Shown in pieces: positions 11,946 to 25,401 of a stretch of DNA of 64,000 nt; within the stretch, counting starts at the first letter, position 1; each line of letters begins with the position of its first letter. The position numbers were made by a program, and so were the translations under genes. The notes beneath the pieces are model-generated. The model was not told the origin of the DNA. It made no database searches and saw only the letters and a program-made list of their open reading frames with translations. Location of the stretch: assembly GCA_963693365.1 (NCBI GenBank), contig CAVNZM010000010.1, positions 7,069,794 through 7,133,793 on the forward strand, given 5' to 3'. Origin of the DNA: Amoebidium appalachense (taxonomy: Eukaryota; Protista; Ichthyosporea).

Positions 11946-12496
11946 ACCTTGACGTGCTGTGCCACATAGTCCATGGTCCTCCTACCCAGCTGGCATGCTG
12001 CCCTTATCTTTTCGATCTCTTCCGGTGGCTGGATGATGATGTTATCCCCCACTGTGTGTGTGTTTGCCATCAACACTAGGAAGTGCCCCCCTGCTCCCCC
12101 CTCAACCCCCCCCCCCCCCCCCCCCCAAAAAGACACCCCCACATATCCACCAACAAGAACCAAGCATGTGTTGTAGCTCATACGATGGCCCCCCCTCCCC
12201 CCCCCCCCCCCTCCCCCCCCCTCCCCTTTCAGCCCTCGAAAAAAAGGGGGGGGGGAGGGGGGGGGCATACCTACCCCAAGTTAACACAATTACCATGCGG
12301 GAGAATTCTTCAAGTACAACCCCCCCTCCCCCCCCTCCTCCTCCTCCCCCACCCTTTGCTAAACTTTCTTTCTTTTTCTGCACCTACCTACCCCCCCCCC
12401 CCCTCCCCCTCCTCCTCTCTCAGCTCTGCTCTGTTCTGATCCCCCAGCCCACCCTTTGCACACTGCGGGTGGGAGGAGATCAGAACTTAGAGGACC

Positions 12497-12529
<33 letters not shown>

Positions 12530-13200
12530 ATAAAAAAAAGAACATTTGTGCCGTCACGTCTGGAACCATACAGGCACACTCTCTATTCCATTTCAATGTT
12601 CCCAAACCAAACTAGCAGCACTACCCCACACGTCCAGCCCTCAAGTTCACTACACTACACCGGAGTGATACCCCCCCCCCCCCCCCCCCCCTTTACGCCG
12701 ATTCATTGCTTCCCCTCCACTTCCCTCCTTTTCCGTTTCGTCCCACCTCACCCCCCCCCCCCCCCCCCCCCCCCCTACCCCACCTCCCCACACACACAAC
12801 TTTCTCAACCCACATCCCGTGCATTCAGCCTCTCTTTCCCCTACAAATAGATCCTGTTTTGTTAGGGCAACGTTTGCACACAAACCCGCCCACCCACCCA
12901 CCCATCCATTAAACGTTTGCAACCCACCCACACCGTCAAACACGTGCAGCCCACACACCTGGTGAGCCCAAACCCGTTGCAGCATAGTGGGGGGCAACAA
13001 TGTGGCTCGGTACTGTAAGCTGAGGAGACACAACCCCGGGCCTTTCCTGTTTTTCTGTTAGTCATACTAGATAGATGAGAGAAAAGAAACATCCACAGGA
13101 AACTGTAGTGATGACTTGGCGAGTTCATTAGGGAGAGCAATGCTACACCTGCTGCCTGAGCAGGGTACCCTTTTGGCCAGCTTGCACCACGACTGAGCAT
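4814..13200 (-). CDS. METAP1D: Methionine aminopeptidase type 1, organellar MAP1D-like; exons approx. 13149-13200 (tentative start), 12959-13053, 11948-12051, 10987-11135, 10385-10499, 6316-6407, 5832-5929, 5364-5411, 4814-4965
   Basis: Spliced translation [20 protein letters not shown]..., [85 protein letters not shown]. The metal ligands D, D, H, E, E are present and there is no N-terminal zinc finger. The start exon is uncertain. Confidence 0.9.
6761..7160 (-). mobile_element. Structured non-coding element, diverged subfamily C, between C runs in MetAP intron
   Basis: The reverse complement shares ACCCTGCTCGTCTT, GTTGGG, GTCGAAAC and CCCCCTGATGATGGGCTCTG with subfamilies A/B. It also shares an upstream hairpin (GGGGAGCTT...AGAAGCCC) with the copy at 36058-36084. 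Confidence 0.75.
6876..7033 (-). ncRNA. Candidate permuted hammerhead-like ribozyme (subfamily C)
   Basis: Minus strand: GACTC (6996-6992) / GAGTC (6937-6933); GAAA 6932-6929; GTT 6964-6962 followed by GGG; CCC then CTGATGA (6897-6891); closing stem CTTGAACA/TGTTCGAG. Confidence 0.6.
7310..9993 (-). mobile_element. Penelope-like retroelement of the Naiad/Chlamys (CxC-RT) type, 5'-truncated and pseudogenised; coding remnant ~7622-9890
   Basis: CxC linker ([28 protein letters not shown]), [15 protein letters not shown] (alternate frame), RT motifs KMHK...[30 protein letters not shown], and thumb NYLD...IYNK...YPHIDSFI...YGIITSQL. One frameshift near 9050 and in-frame TAA stops near 8970 and 8072. 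Flanked by C runs on the element strand. No GIY-YIG seen. Confidence 0.88.
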
Positions 13201-13929
13201 CAAGGGAAAGAGGGTGGATTGAGAAAGAGAGAAAAAAAAAGGAAGGGGACGGGGGAGGGGGGGGGGGGGGGGGAAGGGGGGAGGATATGGATGAACAATA
13301 CCAGTGTGTTTTATGTGAAGGACAGTGTTCACTATGTGTTGTTTATCCGTGCGCTGTATGGTAACTTCGTGTTGTTGACTTCAGGGCACATCAGTGGCTT
13401 CTTCGAGTTCTTGCGTTTAGATTCTTTCTTTCTCAGGTGCACGGCAAGTTGCTCAAGCACACATGGCACAAGCTAAGGGTTGTGTTGACACAGTGGGGTC
13501 ACAGAACACGACCACGCACAGACAGGCACACACATACACACGCTCACGCATGCGAGCTATCACGCACACAAATACAGGCACACTGAGTGAGCCACTCACA
13601 ATAAGTGAAAAGTGTGATGGTCTTCTCCTCTTGCGCCGGCCAAAGCTGAAGCCACCCAACTGTTTTGGGTGACGATGGTCAGTGTCGGGGCTCTAGGATG
13701 TGTGGGGTTACAGGGCCTTTTCTCTGTGTGTCATGCGTTTTCATACCAATAATAGTATAATCCATCAAGCAGTGAGCGGGGAATATTTGTACATTATCAG
13801 TTATTGCTTGACAACCCGATGGAAGAGGTTGGGGGGGGAGGGGGAGAGGAAGGGGGGAGGGGGGGAGGGGGGAGGGGGGGGGGGGGAGGGGGGAGGAGGA
13901 GGCACGGAGAACATTTGCCGTTTTGTCTA

Positions 13930-15020
13930 GATCTCTTCAGTAAGTTAAAGGCAAGTGCACGCCGCCACAGAATTTTACCACCCAAGCCTGACCAATATCC
14001 TTACCTCAAGCTCAATTCACTTTTTATAACAGCCAAAATGAAAGGCGAAGACCCATTTTAATATCAGAAAACCAGGTCGTTAACACCAGCTGTGTGCTGT
14101 GCATGTTTTCTTACCGCCCTTGTAGGTATGCTGCTTAGGGCTGCCTTCAGGCCGGGCTGCAAAAGCCTAGCGCCTCTTGCCAGCATTTTCGAAAAAGGGT
14201 AGGTGGTATAACGGGAAATATGGCCACTTGCAAACTCAAATTTCTTCCAACTACTGAATCTCTCGCTTCTTTTTACAACCTAGACGGCCCTAGCTCTCAG
14301 GGGTCCGTGATACATGCGCTGCTCAGTTGCTGAGTGATTGCGCAAACCCCATGGCTCAGTCCCGGCCGAAACTGATATCAGTCATAGGTGAAATTGCAGC
14401 AGGTTTTCAGGTTTTCATCGCCGCTGGTGCCACTTTTGTGCGGCACTTTTTAATCGCAAGCATGTTGATAGCAGATAGGTGTGAGTTTTTATGTCGCGTT
14501 TTACCTCTTTCCCTACGGGTGTCTGCTACACTGGCTGGCAATGTGACCACTTTAGACTTTTGGTTGAATTCTGTTGGTCGCCACATTGAGTATTTATATG
14601 ATTTTGACACAGTGTTCAGGTATCTCAGTATGCACTTGTTACTGGATAACTCGTCAAGTTTTTATTGTCTTCTCAGTATGCCGTGCATACTTGCATATCT
14701 TTCCGTCGAATAAATCCAGTCAAAAGAAAAAGGTTTACGAAAGTTTTTATAAATTTTAAAAGAAATGGGAAAAATGAATGGGAAAGTGAAAGTAACTGTT
14801 TAGCCGATTTATGCTTCGAATCGACGTAGGATACACTGTGGTTTATAACTTGGCGATTGTCAACGTTTGGCCATCGTACTTTCGTCTCTCAAGTACAACA
14901 CATGGCAATTGTTATCTCTCGTATTTCCTCTCCTCTTTTTTGTTAAGTTACACACAGCAATTGTTATGCACTGAAAACCCCCACTTTCGTTTTCTACCCT
15001 TAGGGTTGGCCAACAGCAAC
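13930..15020. promoter_or_regulatory. Probable divergent promoter region between METAP1D (-) and INTS6 (+)
   Basis: Head-to-head gene arrangement and a ~1.1 kb stretch free of the microsatellites that fill the introns. No specific motif was identified. Confidence 0.4.
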
Positions 15021-15519
15021 ATGGCTGTTGATTTGGGCTCTGTCCCTGCCTGGACACCCCCAAGCTCTTCCGCTCCTACACCGGGGGGAGAGGGCTCAGC
15101 TCCCCCCCAAGCACCACCCCCGCAAAGACAGTCAGCATTTTGGCCGCCAAAGCCTCCAGCCCCAGTAGACAAGCAAGCACAGGCACCGACACAGAGATAC
15201 CCACCACCAACGCAGCAACCGCCACCGCAAGAGGTTAAGCACACACCGCATGTTGTTTTCTTGGTGGATACTAGCGTGTCGATGAATCAAAGATGCATAT
15301 ATGGAACTACACTTTTGGATGTGGCCAAACGTTGTGTAACACACTTCATAGCGGAGGCCCGATCGAACCCCATGTTCAACTGCATGTACAGTCTGATGTC
15401 CTTTGAGGATGACTTGGCCTCGGCACTCAAATACACACCAAAAGAGGCGGCTTCAGTTCTGGAAGCACAGGTACTGGAAGGAAATGTGTTTTTAGAGATA
15501 TTGTATCTCTCTCAACTCC

Positions 15520-15553
<34 letters not shown>

Positions 15554-15759
15554 TGCTCTCTTCTCTCCTCTCTCTCTATCCTTCTCTCTCTCTCTCCCCT
15601 CCCCCTCCTCCCCCCCCGCCCGTCGTCTCACTCTCTTCACACACACACACACATGCACACACACACACTCTCTCTCCCTCTTGCTCCTTCCCACGCGTAG
15701 CCCCCTCCCCCCCCCCCCACACACACACACATACACACAGATACACACACACACACACA

Positions 15760-15792
<33 letters not shown>

Positions 15793-16835
15793 CCCCCTCT
15801 CTCTTCCCCCCCCCCCCCCCTCTCTGTGTGTCTGCCTCTCTCTCTCTCCCTGCCCTCTCTCTCTCTCTGCCCCCCCCCCCTCCCCCCCCATTCCTTTCCC
15901 TTGCTCCCGACCTCCCTTCTTTCCTCCCTCTTTTCATAACCCCTCCTCGTCCTCCACTCCCTTGGCCCCTTTCTTTCCTCTATCTGCTCTCTGTACCAGT
16001 ATCAGCCCTATTGCTGTTCGCAACCCTTGACTTATTCCCACCTTTCCTCCCTCCCCTCTTTATCTCCCCTGTAACCCCCCCCCCCCCCCCCCCCCCCTCC
16101 CCCCCCTCTCTGCCCCCCTGCCCCTTCCCCCCTCCCTTTCCCAACTCCCCCATCAACACACACACAGACACACACTCTGACACTCTCACTCACGCTCACC
16201 CTCACACTCACACTCACATTCACTTGCTTACACTCACTTACACAGACTCAATCACACTTGAAGTTCCCTTTTTGGTGAACTTTCATCCTGTCATTTGCTA
16301 CCACCCTCTATGTTTTTTTTTGTGCAGCTGTGTCATCACCTTCCTAATCTCTGATTACCCCTGTGCCTTGCCGTCTCTCCTTCCATCACATGCCCTCCCA
16401 AATGACACCCCCCCCCCCCCCCCCCCCCCCCCCTTCTTTTTTACCGCCGTCTCTTGGTAGTGGACACCTTTAAATCTCCATTTACTTTGCCAGCTTGCAT
16501 GCATTTATGTACATCATAAATAGAAAAGGACAAGCGAAGTTGTTATTGAGCATGCAGGGAGACAATGGGTAGAGAAGCGAGGGGTTAAAGGCATAGTAGC
16601 TGGCGTGTCGTTTTGTACTAACACTGGACATTTTTTCTTTTAAAGTTGGCCAGCTTGGAAGCCACCGACACATCGACACTGTCTGTAGCCACCCGCAATG
16701 TGTTTGACTACCTCAACATGACCCGTTTCCAGTCGAACGTGGACACCTTTGCCCAGGTGCGTACACATTAGTGTTGGGTTGAACACTGCATATTCTTGAT
16801 GAATTTGGTGAATATTATGGTGCATTTGCTGCTCA

Positions 16836-16888
<53 letters not shown>

Positions 16889-17471
16889 CATCACATATAC
16901 CGTAAAATCCGATCAGTGCACTCCTTTTTGACGTCTTACCGAGAATGGTCGACATAGATTTCAACTGACTTTGTCTGTTTGCAGGGTCGTAGGCCATGGG
17001 TAGCGGAGCACACTATGATTGTGCTTCTGACAGACGGGGGAAGCATCATTCAGCCCCCTGGGCCCCCCACAGCCCCAACCCCACCCCTACCCGTTGACAC
17101 CTTCACCATGCCTCCCTTTGTCTCCTCCCTGCCTGGCGCTGAACTGCAGGCAGAGGCTTTCAGGTGTGTTGTATGTGTGTGTGAACACGTGTGGTGTGTA
17201 TATGTGTATGTTTGTTTTTGTTTTTTGTTTTTTTTTGTTCTGGGTTTTGTTGTTCTAGTAGTGATTAATATAAATAGTAAATGTGTCCGTTGGTGTGCTT
17301 CAAGAATTGTTTTCTGTTCGATTAGGGTGGTGGTAAGGTTCGATTGTGTCAGCCCTTTTCTTGTTTCCTTGAATCTACCTCTTGTAAACAATAGTATTAG
17401 CAAGGTTTACAGAAACATAATTTGTAGCTCGGAAAAAGAAAAGAAGAAAATAGTGTGCACTACCGCACTTA

Positions 17472-17509
<38 letters not shown>

Positions 17510-17554
17510 TAAGACCTTTTTGGCTCTTCACCTTTCTGCTTTTTCTGATTGTTT

Positions 17555-17637
<83 letters not shown>

Positions 17638-17813
17638 AAGACCTTTCTGGCGCTTCACCTTTTTCTGATTGTTTTGAAGTCCCCCCCCCCCCCCCCCCCT
17701 CCGGGGAAATAAAAAAAAGGGGGGGGGGTGGGGGGGAGAAGAAAGGACAGAGGGGTGGGGTGGGGGGAGGAGGGGAGGGACGGGGGCACGGCACTCGCAT
17801 ACACACACACACC

Positions 17814-17864
<51 letters not shown>

Positions 17865-17880
17865 ACCACCACCACCACCA

Positions 17881-17957
<77 letters not shown>

Positions 17958-18855
17958 CACACGCACGCACGCACGCACGCACGCACGCACCTCCCAGCCT
18001 CTGTAACTGCCTTTCTCCGAATGCATTGTCCTACATTTTCCATGCCTTTCCTTCACACATTTACATCGTTCCAACCCTTTTTCCCCTTTCTTCCACAGAT
18101 GGGACCAACGTGTGTTTGCCATCACCCTCTGCATACCAGGCATCGACCCAAACATCCGCCTACCCCCCGTAATTGACGGAGACCAACCTCTAGCCCCCAT
18201 CATCCACCCAATAGGTCGAGAGGCCTTGGGGTATGACCACGCAATAGCTCCATTTTGCCGTTCTACCGGTGGGCTCTCACTAACTGTGAGAGATGTGTTT
18301 CCCGGTGGGCCGGGTCTGTGTGAGCATCAGAGGAGAAAACATGACTGTGTAGAGTGTGGAAGGCTTAAGGGGGTGATGGATGTGGTGGTTAAGAACATAC
18401 CCCAGGCGGGGGTGATTGTGTCCTTTGACAGGCTCAAGGATGAGCCGTTGGCGGAGGGAATTGGTAGGTGCCCAACCTCTACTTTTCTCTCTCTCTTTCT
18501 CTCCCCTTTCCCCCCTCTCCCCCTCCCCACCCTCCATACACGCACACACACCTAAAACCACACACACACCTCTCCCCATCCCGCCTCTCCCTTCTATCTC
18601 CTAATCCCTGATAAGTCTGCATTTTCTTTGATGCGCGCTTTGTGAAGTCTGCATTGCACTGCCCGTCGTGATTGTATACATCGTTCTCCTTAGCCCCCCC
18701 CCCCCCCCCCCCCCCCTTTTCCTCCCCACCACCACCATCATCACCACGACCAACAAGAAAAAGGAACAGACCTGACCCACCCCCCTTCTTATGTTGCTTT
18801 CCTTGCAGGTACACTCTGCAACAGTACCATTCGGTGTGAACTTGTACCCGTAATA

Positions 18856-18887
<32 letters not shown>

Positions 18888-19246
18888 CTTTCCCCCTCCT
18901 TCTCCTCCCCTTCTCGACCCACCACCCACACGCTGCATCACAAGTGTGTTTGTTTTCTGACCCTTCTGTGGTGTGCAGGGCCACGGCTTGAGGGGCAGGC
19001 TGCAGCCAACATCATGCTCAAGGAGCAGAGGCACCCAGGCATCTGGCCCATCCCTGAGCCCTACTGGGTAGACCCCACACTCGACAGGCCCCAGCCCAGA
19101 ACAAGGGAGGCATGCACTATTAGGTTCAGCTGCAGGGCTGTAAAGTGGCAGGTGGGTTGCATATCTCCACCCAAAGTAGTTATATTTGTCATAATAGCTA
19201 TGATAATAATTATTAAATCAAAGTTGGAATGAGCTAGATTATCATG

Positions 19247-19278
<32 letters not shown>

Positions 19279-20752
19279 TTTTTTTTTAGTGTAAAAAGAC
19301 CATCGCCTATTGTCTTTGGCACCACACACCGATACTCCGTTGTGAACAGGCTTGGCCGGTGCCGTGAATGCACCCGCTGTGACCTGGGGAACGCACGCAC
19401 AGTGCATGCACCGATCACCACGACATGCAGGAGACTTGCTCTTTTATCACAAAGTGGAAATCATTCTCGGAAAAAGGGGAATGGGAGGTAGGAAAGGCGG
19501 AGGGGGAGGGGAGAGGGTGGAGGGGGAGAGGGGGGAGGGGGGAGGCATATGGGAACGTCGAACAGATGGAGGAACCCATTTATTAGAGTATTGATATACA
19601 GAAAGGCAGGAACCCGGGGGAGAGGGGGGGGGGGGGGGGGTATGGGGAAGGGGAGAGGGGGGGGGGGGGGGGGGGGGATGCTTATTTGTTTAATATGTAC
19701 AGAAGGGCAGGAATCGCGGTGGTGGGTGTGTGTAGAGAGGGGGGGAGGGGGGGGGGGGGGGGGGGTATAGAAGAGTGAAAGAGGCAGGGGCAGGGGTGAT
19801 TTTGTATGCAATACCACTTCAAGCAGCTCATGTGGTCTGTTCCCAGGTGGAGGATGGGTTCTTCGACAAGTACCAGCTGACACACTGCAACCTGGTCAAG
19901 GTCATCCTCGACCAGAAGAACCCAGACGAGGTCTACCAGGTGGGTGGGTGTGTGTTGGGTGGGGGCGTGTGTGGGTGGGTGTGGTTGGGGAGTGTGGGGT
20001 GGGTGCAATATGCGTGTCTGTGTGCGTCTGTGTGGGCGGTGTGAGGCTGTGTGTACATGAGTTTTGTGTTGTGTGGTAAGGCGTATGTTCTGTTTTAAAA
20101 TGTTGTTCTGGAAAGGGGAGGGGGAGGGGGGGGGGGGGGGGGGGGGGGATCGGACTAGGTGCATGGAGTCGATACAATGTATTTGCATGTGAGTGGGTGT
20201 TTGTCTCTGTGCCATGTACTGTCTTCTGCCTTCTATCCCCGGGGGTTTGAGCATCCCCACAGAACACACGTTGCTCCTCAGTAGAGAACACACGTTGCTC
20301 CTCAGTAGAAAGTATTGTTATCACCGCAGCTGATCTAAAGTGCTATTGATAGAACTAGACCTGATCCATGACGTCACCCTTTGCAGGTGTTCATGCCGGG
20401 CAGCCACAAGAGCGGTGTTAGGGGCCACCCGTTTGGGTTCCTCAAGCCCAGCAGCAGCAACGACGGGCTGTTTCTGTTCGTCATGCCCTACAACTACCCC
20501 GTGCTGCTGGAGTTGCTAAATCGTTTGAAGCAGGTGTGTGGGTGTGGGTGTTTTTTTTTTTTTTTTTTTTTTTTTGGGGGGGGGGGGGGAGGGGGAGGGG
20601 TTGGATGGGTAGGTGTGGGGGTGCGGGGGGAGGGGGGGGGCGTGGATGGGTCTGTGCGTGTGTGCGTGTGTGCGTGTGCGAAAACGTGTGGTGTGTGTGT
20701 GCGTGCGTTTGTCTAGGGTTGGGTGCCTTTTGCTGTTTGTGTGTGTGCGTAA

Positions 20753-20784
<32 letters not shown>

Positions 20785-21359
20785 AAATGAGCAGTAACAG
20801 GTGAAAGGGCTGAAAGTTGGGTTATGTGTATGATATATTCCCCCCTCAAAAAGGTCCCTGACTCCTTTGCACACACCTTGGGTTATTGTTCTCCTTCAGT
20901 TTTTTGTTCTACTTCCACATCCTTTTCAGGCATCCGTTGTGTATTTGTACTTCATTACTGTGTACTGGATCTTCCCCTCCTTCCCCCTCCCCCCTTCCCC
21001 CCCCCCCCCCCTCCCCCCCTTCCGGCCCTTCCCCTCGCCACCACACCCCCACCCTACCCCACTCCTGCCCCCGCCCCCCTACCTTCCCCCTTCTGTTCCG
21101 GCGCCGTCCTTCCACCTTCCCTTCCACCCTCTCTTCTCGGGTGTGTCTAGTGTTTCTCCACCTGCACTACCCTATTCCATCTCTTGCACGTAAATTGTTG
21201 TTTCCCAGGCTCGACTTACACATGTTTGTTGCGTGCAGATGGGGGGCAACCCCAATGCCAAGTGGCGGCAGGACTTTGAGGGCTACATTGCCGATGTGCC
21301 CTACTACTACATCCCCGCACTAAGGGAGCGCCTACGCAGATTCAACGTCGATCGGTGGA

Positions 21360-21405
<46 letters not shown>

Positions 21406-21459
21406 TTACCCACCCCCCCCCACACACACACACAGACACACACACTCACACTCACGAAG

Positions 21460-21529
<70 letters not shown>

Positions 21530-23743
21530 ACACACACACACAAACCACCTCCCCCACGGGCATTGTGCTTCGAGTGTATTGGTCGGGTACTGTAGACGAG
21601 GTGACCTTTATAGGAAGTCGGTTGTCTGCTTATGTTGCATGGTCTTCTCTGTTCGGTTTTGCACATCATTCAAAATCTCCCATTTCCCCTAGTCCCAGCC
21701 TCCTTCGCTCCCTTTGGTTTGGCTTCAGAATGAAAGCATTCTGTCTGGTGACTTGTTTTTCCCACCAATTGTCTCTGACTCTTATGCCCACCGTTTTCTC
21801 CATCACTACACACTTTTCCTAACCCTTGCATTTCAGGTGCATCCCCCAGCACCTAGACGGAAACATGCCCCCGCACGTACGGGACCACCTCGGCCGCATC
21901 ACCAAGGCAGCACAGACAGAGATAGACCGATTCACCGCCGCACACGCAAAGCGCCAGGCACAACTACGCCAACTGCGCTCCGTCCCCATCCCCACCGCAA
22001 TTACCCCCCAACACCAACAAGACGCATTGCTCAAGGGAACAAAACGAACACATGCAGAAATGGTTGCATTGGGTATGGAGTTGGAAAAGAACGCCGCAGC
22101 TGCAGGCACGTCGGACAGCGGGCCGGAAACACGCATAAATCCATTCGACACACCTCGTGACCGGCTACTAGACACATACTACATGCTAGCCGGGCAGTTC
22201 TATTCGGTGGTGGACGGATTTCCAGCCCTGGAAGATGAAGATACGGAACACTCTGTTCTGTGCAGTGAGATGGGTGCCAATTCTCCCTCCTACCACCGTG
22301 CCATGGCACGTGAGCTAGCATCCCAATTCCGACCAGCCCGGGACGATGAATCCCAGCAGCACCCCAAGGGCATACCCTTTGGCAATCCCTATCTGGACGA
22401 TAAAGCAGTGGACTGGGCACGCGCCGGTCAGCCCCGCCACCCAGCACGCCGCGCGGCCGCTACCCCACCTCCCGGACTACCACGTCCAGGGGGTCCTCCC
22501 CAACAAGGGGCCACCACACCCCCTGCTGCTTTGCGCAACCAGGCAAGACCACCCCCTGGCCTAGCCCCTTCACCTGGTGCAGGCATAGGCCGACACCCAC
22601 CACCCCCGGGCACGGTGCCGGGTGGTGCTGGTGGTGCCCCAGGGCAAGTGCAAAGGGGCCCACCACGCCCCGCTGGGGGTGTGCCCCCTCGAGGCAAGCC
22701 CACATGGCCTCACGGTGGGCCAGGCAATACGGGCAGCAGGCCCCCAGGGCCCAATGTGGTGCCTGGCCAGCAGCGCAACCCCGGGCCTCAACAGGCACTG
22801 AATAGGCCACCCATGCGCCCACAGCAGCAGGCAAGACCCCCCCCCCAAAACCCACCCACCCCCTCTAATCTAATCTCTATCTCCCTCCCCCCCCCCCCCT
22901 TCCCCCTCGCTTCCCCCCCCCACACTCTCTCTCCCCTTTCCCCCTCCTCTCTCCCCTCCCCTCCCCCTCCCCCCCCTCTCCCCTCCCCCACCACCACCAC
23001 TCCGGGCCTGCCCCCCGGGCATTCTCGACCTTCCTCCTTCCCTTGCCGTCCCGTCCTGTCCGCCACCCACTATTCCTGCACACACGAACAGATGAAGCGT
23101 ATCTAATCTGCAAACGACTTGACCCGCCGTCTACCTTTATCTTCCCGTTTCGCGTATTGGCTAAGTGTTCTTCATCAAGTACCCTCTCCATCATACATCA
23201 TCCCGCCTCTAGCCCATCCCTTCCATTAGGAGATATAAAGAAAGAAAGAATTCAGTAGGGCAGGCGTTTCGGTGTACGTGTAGGTGTGCTCGTGTGTGTT
23301 TAGAAGGGGGGGGGGGGGGGTTGCAAGGATGGCAGTCCGCATTCTCTTGTATGCACGAAGGCATCATTAGCATGCACGAAACTATGATTCGTGTGCAAGA
23401 CCATTAAATTCTGCCTTTTCTAACCCTTCTATTTGCACAGGGTATGCGCATGCCCAATCCAGCCGGTATGCCCGGGGGGCCGACCCCCCCACCCCAGCAG
23501 AGACCTAGTGGCCCACCCGTTTCCAATGCGTCAAGTAACCAGGAACTGAAAATGAAAATCGTGACGGAAATGCGAAGACCCGGGAATGCAAAAACGGTGC
23601 AGACAATTGTGATGTATCTCAATCATATACAGGGAGACCAAAATACGAAGAAGGATTTTGTACGGGACATTATTAACGAGGCGCGAAAGTTGAAGAAGCA
23701 GAACTTGATTCAGTTGCTTGATGACCAGTTGAATAGCTTGTAG
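15021..23743 (+). CDS. INTS6: Integrator complex subunit 6 homolog (vWA domain, Pro/Gly-rich region, conserved C-terminal domain); about 11 exons, one junction near 18465-19010 unresolved
   Basis: VVFLVDTSVSMNQR...TTLLDVAK; NVDTFAQ|GRRPW...IVLLTDG; EAFR|WDQRVF; IWPIPEPYW; FFDKYQL; GHPFGFLK...LFVMPYNYPVLL; YYIPALR; INPFDTPR; C-terminal NQELKMKIVTEMRRPG...HIQG...IINEARKLKKQNLIQLL*. These match remembered INTS6/DDX26 motifs. Confidence 0.92.
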
Positions 23744-23855
23744 ATGTGTGTGTTTGTTGGTTTGGGTTTGTGCGCAATTGCTTTGACCTTCTTTCCTTCT
23801 TCCTTTCCTTCCTTTTTTTCTTTTCTTTTTTTTTTTTTTGTTGTTGTTGTTTTTT

Positions 23856-23902
<47 letters not shown>

Positions 23903-24399
23903 AGACAAATCGAAGGCATATTGAATTTACCAAGCATTTTTTTGGTGTGTGCATGTGTATGGCGAATACTAAATGACCGCAAAGCGGCAAATAGGATGAA
24001 GTCTTGAATTTGACCACATGGAACTACCCACACAGAGCCCTCTCACGGCCTAGAACGCACCACACCAAATTACCCCCTTTTGCTCTTGTAGCTACAGTAG
24101 CAGGTGGCTTCACGCGTGTACATGTACATACACAGCAGCTTGGTAGTTTTACATATTTTTGTTCGAGCATTTCTAAACGTATGTATCAGCACTGGGTAAA
24201 AAGATAATGAACCACATGCACTACTACCTATTCAAGTTGGACAATCATTATTTGGGATCATCCTCCTTACGCCCACCTTAGTCTACTGCTGTGCTACCCC
24301 CCCCCCCCCAAAAAAAAGGGCCTCTCTCGAGCTCTCCCTCTTTCTCTGACACTCTCTCTCAGACTCTCTGCAGCTGAGACTCGGATCTGTCTGTCGAAT

Positions 24400-24812
24400 T
24401 GTGATCATGAGACACACACACACGCACACACTTTCTCTCTCTCCCTCTCCCTCTCTCTCTCCCTCTCTCTGTCTCTCTCTCGCTCCTCTCTCTCTCTCTC
24501 TCTCCCTCCCTCCCTCTCTCCCTCCCTCTCTCTCCCTCCCTCCCTCCCTCCCTCCCTCCCTCTCTCTCTCTCTGTGTGTGTGTGTGTCTCTCTCTCTCTC
24601 TCTTCTCTCTCTCAGCTCTCTCGGAGATTCCTTATATCTATCTCCCCTGGCCTCCCCAAATGGACCCCGGCCCCTCTCCCTCCCTCTGAGGCTGTGCATG
24701 CCTCTAGATCTCTCTCTCCTCCTCTCGCCGGCCGGCCCCCCTCCCCCCCTCTCCCAATTGGACCCTCCGTCCCTCCCTCCGAACGCAAGTCCCTTCCTCC
24801 CTCCCTCCCTCT

Positions 24813-24857
<45 letters not shown>

Positions 24858-24971
24858 CCCCCCCCCCCCCCCCGCCCCTCCCCCTATCTCCCTCTACCAT
24901 GCAGTCTCTCACACGTCACACGCACACACATTCTCTCTCTCTAGCTCTCTCTCTGTCTCTCTTTTTCGAAA

Positions 24972-25002
<31 letters not shown>

Positions 25003-25003
25003 G

Positions 25004-25076
<73 letters not shown>

Positions 25077-25220
25077 CCCCCCCCCCCCCCCCCCCCCCCC
25101 CCACCCCCCTCCCCCTCCCCCTCCCTCCGTCCCTCCTTCCGTCCCTCCCTCCCCGGGCCCCTGCCCCTCCTCTCCTTCTTGAGCTCCCCTCCCTCGCGCT
25201 CTCTCGTTCTCTCCTCATGT
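24400..25220. repeat. Long polypyrimidine (CT)n/(CCCT)n/poly-C tract
   Basis: About 800 nt almost entirely C/T on the + strand, intergenic. Confidence 0.9.
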
Positions 25221-25401
25221 CTCCAATCACGCTAATATTAGTATCGATGCATATGCGACTGAACGGAATAGATGGCCACATGCACTGGCCATGGCCGAAA
25301 ATTTTAGCAGATGTTGCCGTGTATGGTGAACACATCATGAACGACGTTAGCAATGTGCGTGCACACGTGCACACTGCCGCGACATCCGAATTCGAACAGT
25401 G

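Noticed and set aside
13300-13700. Exon-like minus-strand segments upstream of METAP1D as coding exons
   Set aside because: They have splice-like signals, but the 13300-13475 segment has stops in all three frames. More likely 5' UTR exons; cannot be resolved without RNA data.
14327-15020. ORFs 14327-14713 and the 14811 upstream extension of the INTS6 first exon
   Set aside because: No recognisable motifs. The 549-aa ORF runs through intron 1 repeats after 15470, and ATG 15021 is the more plausible start.
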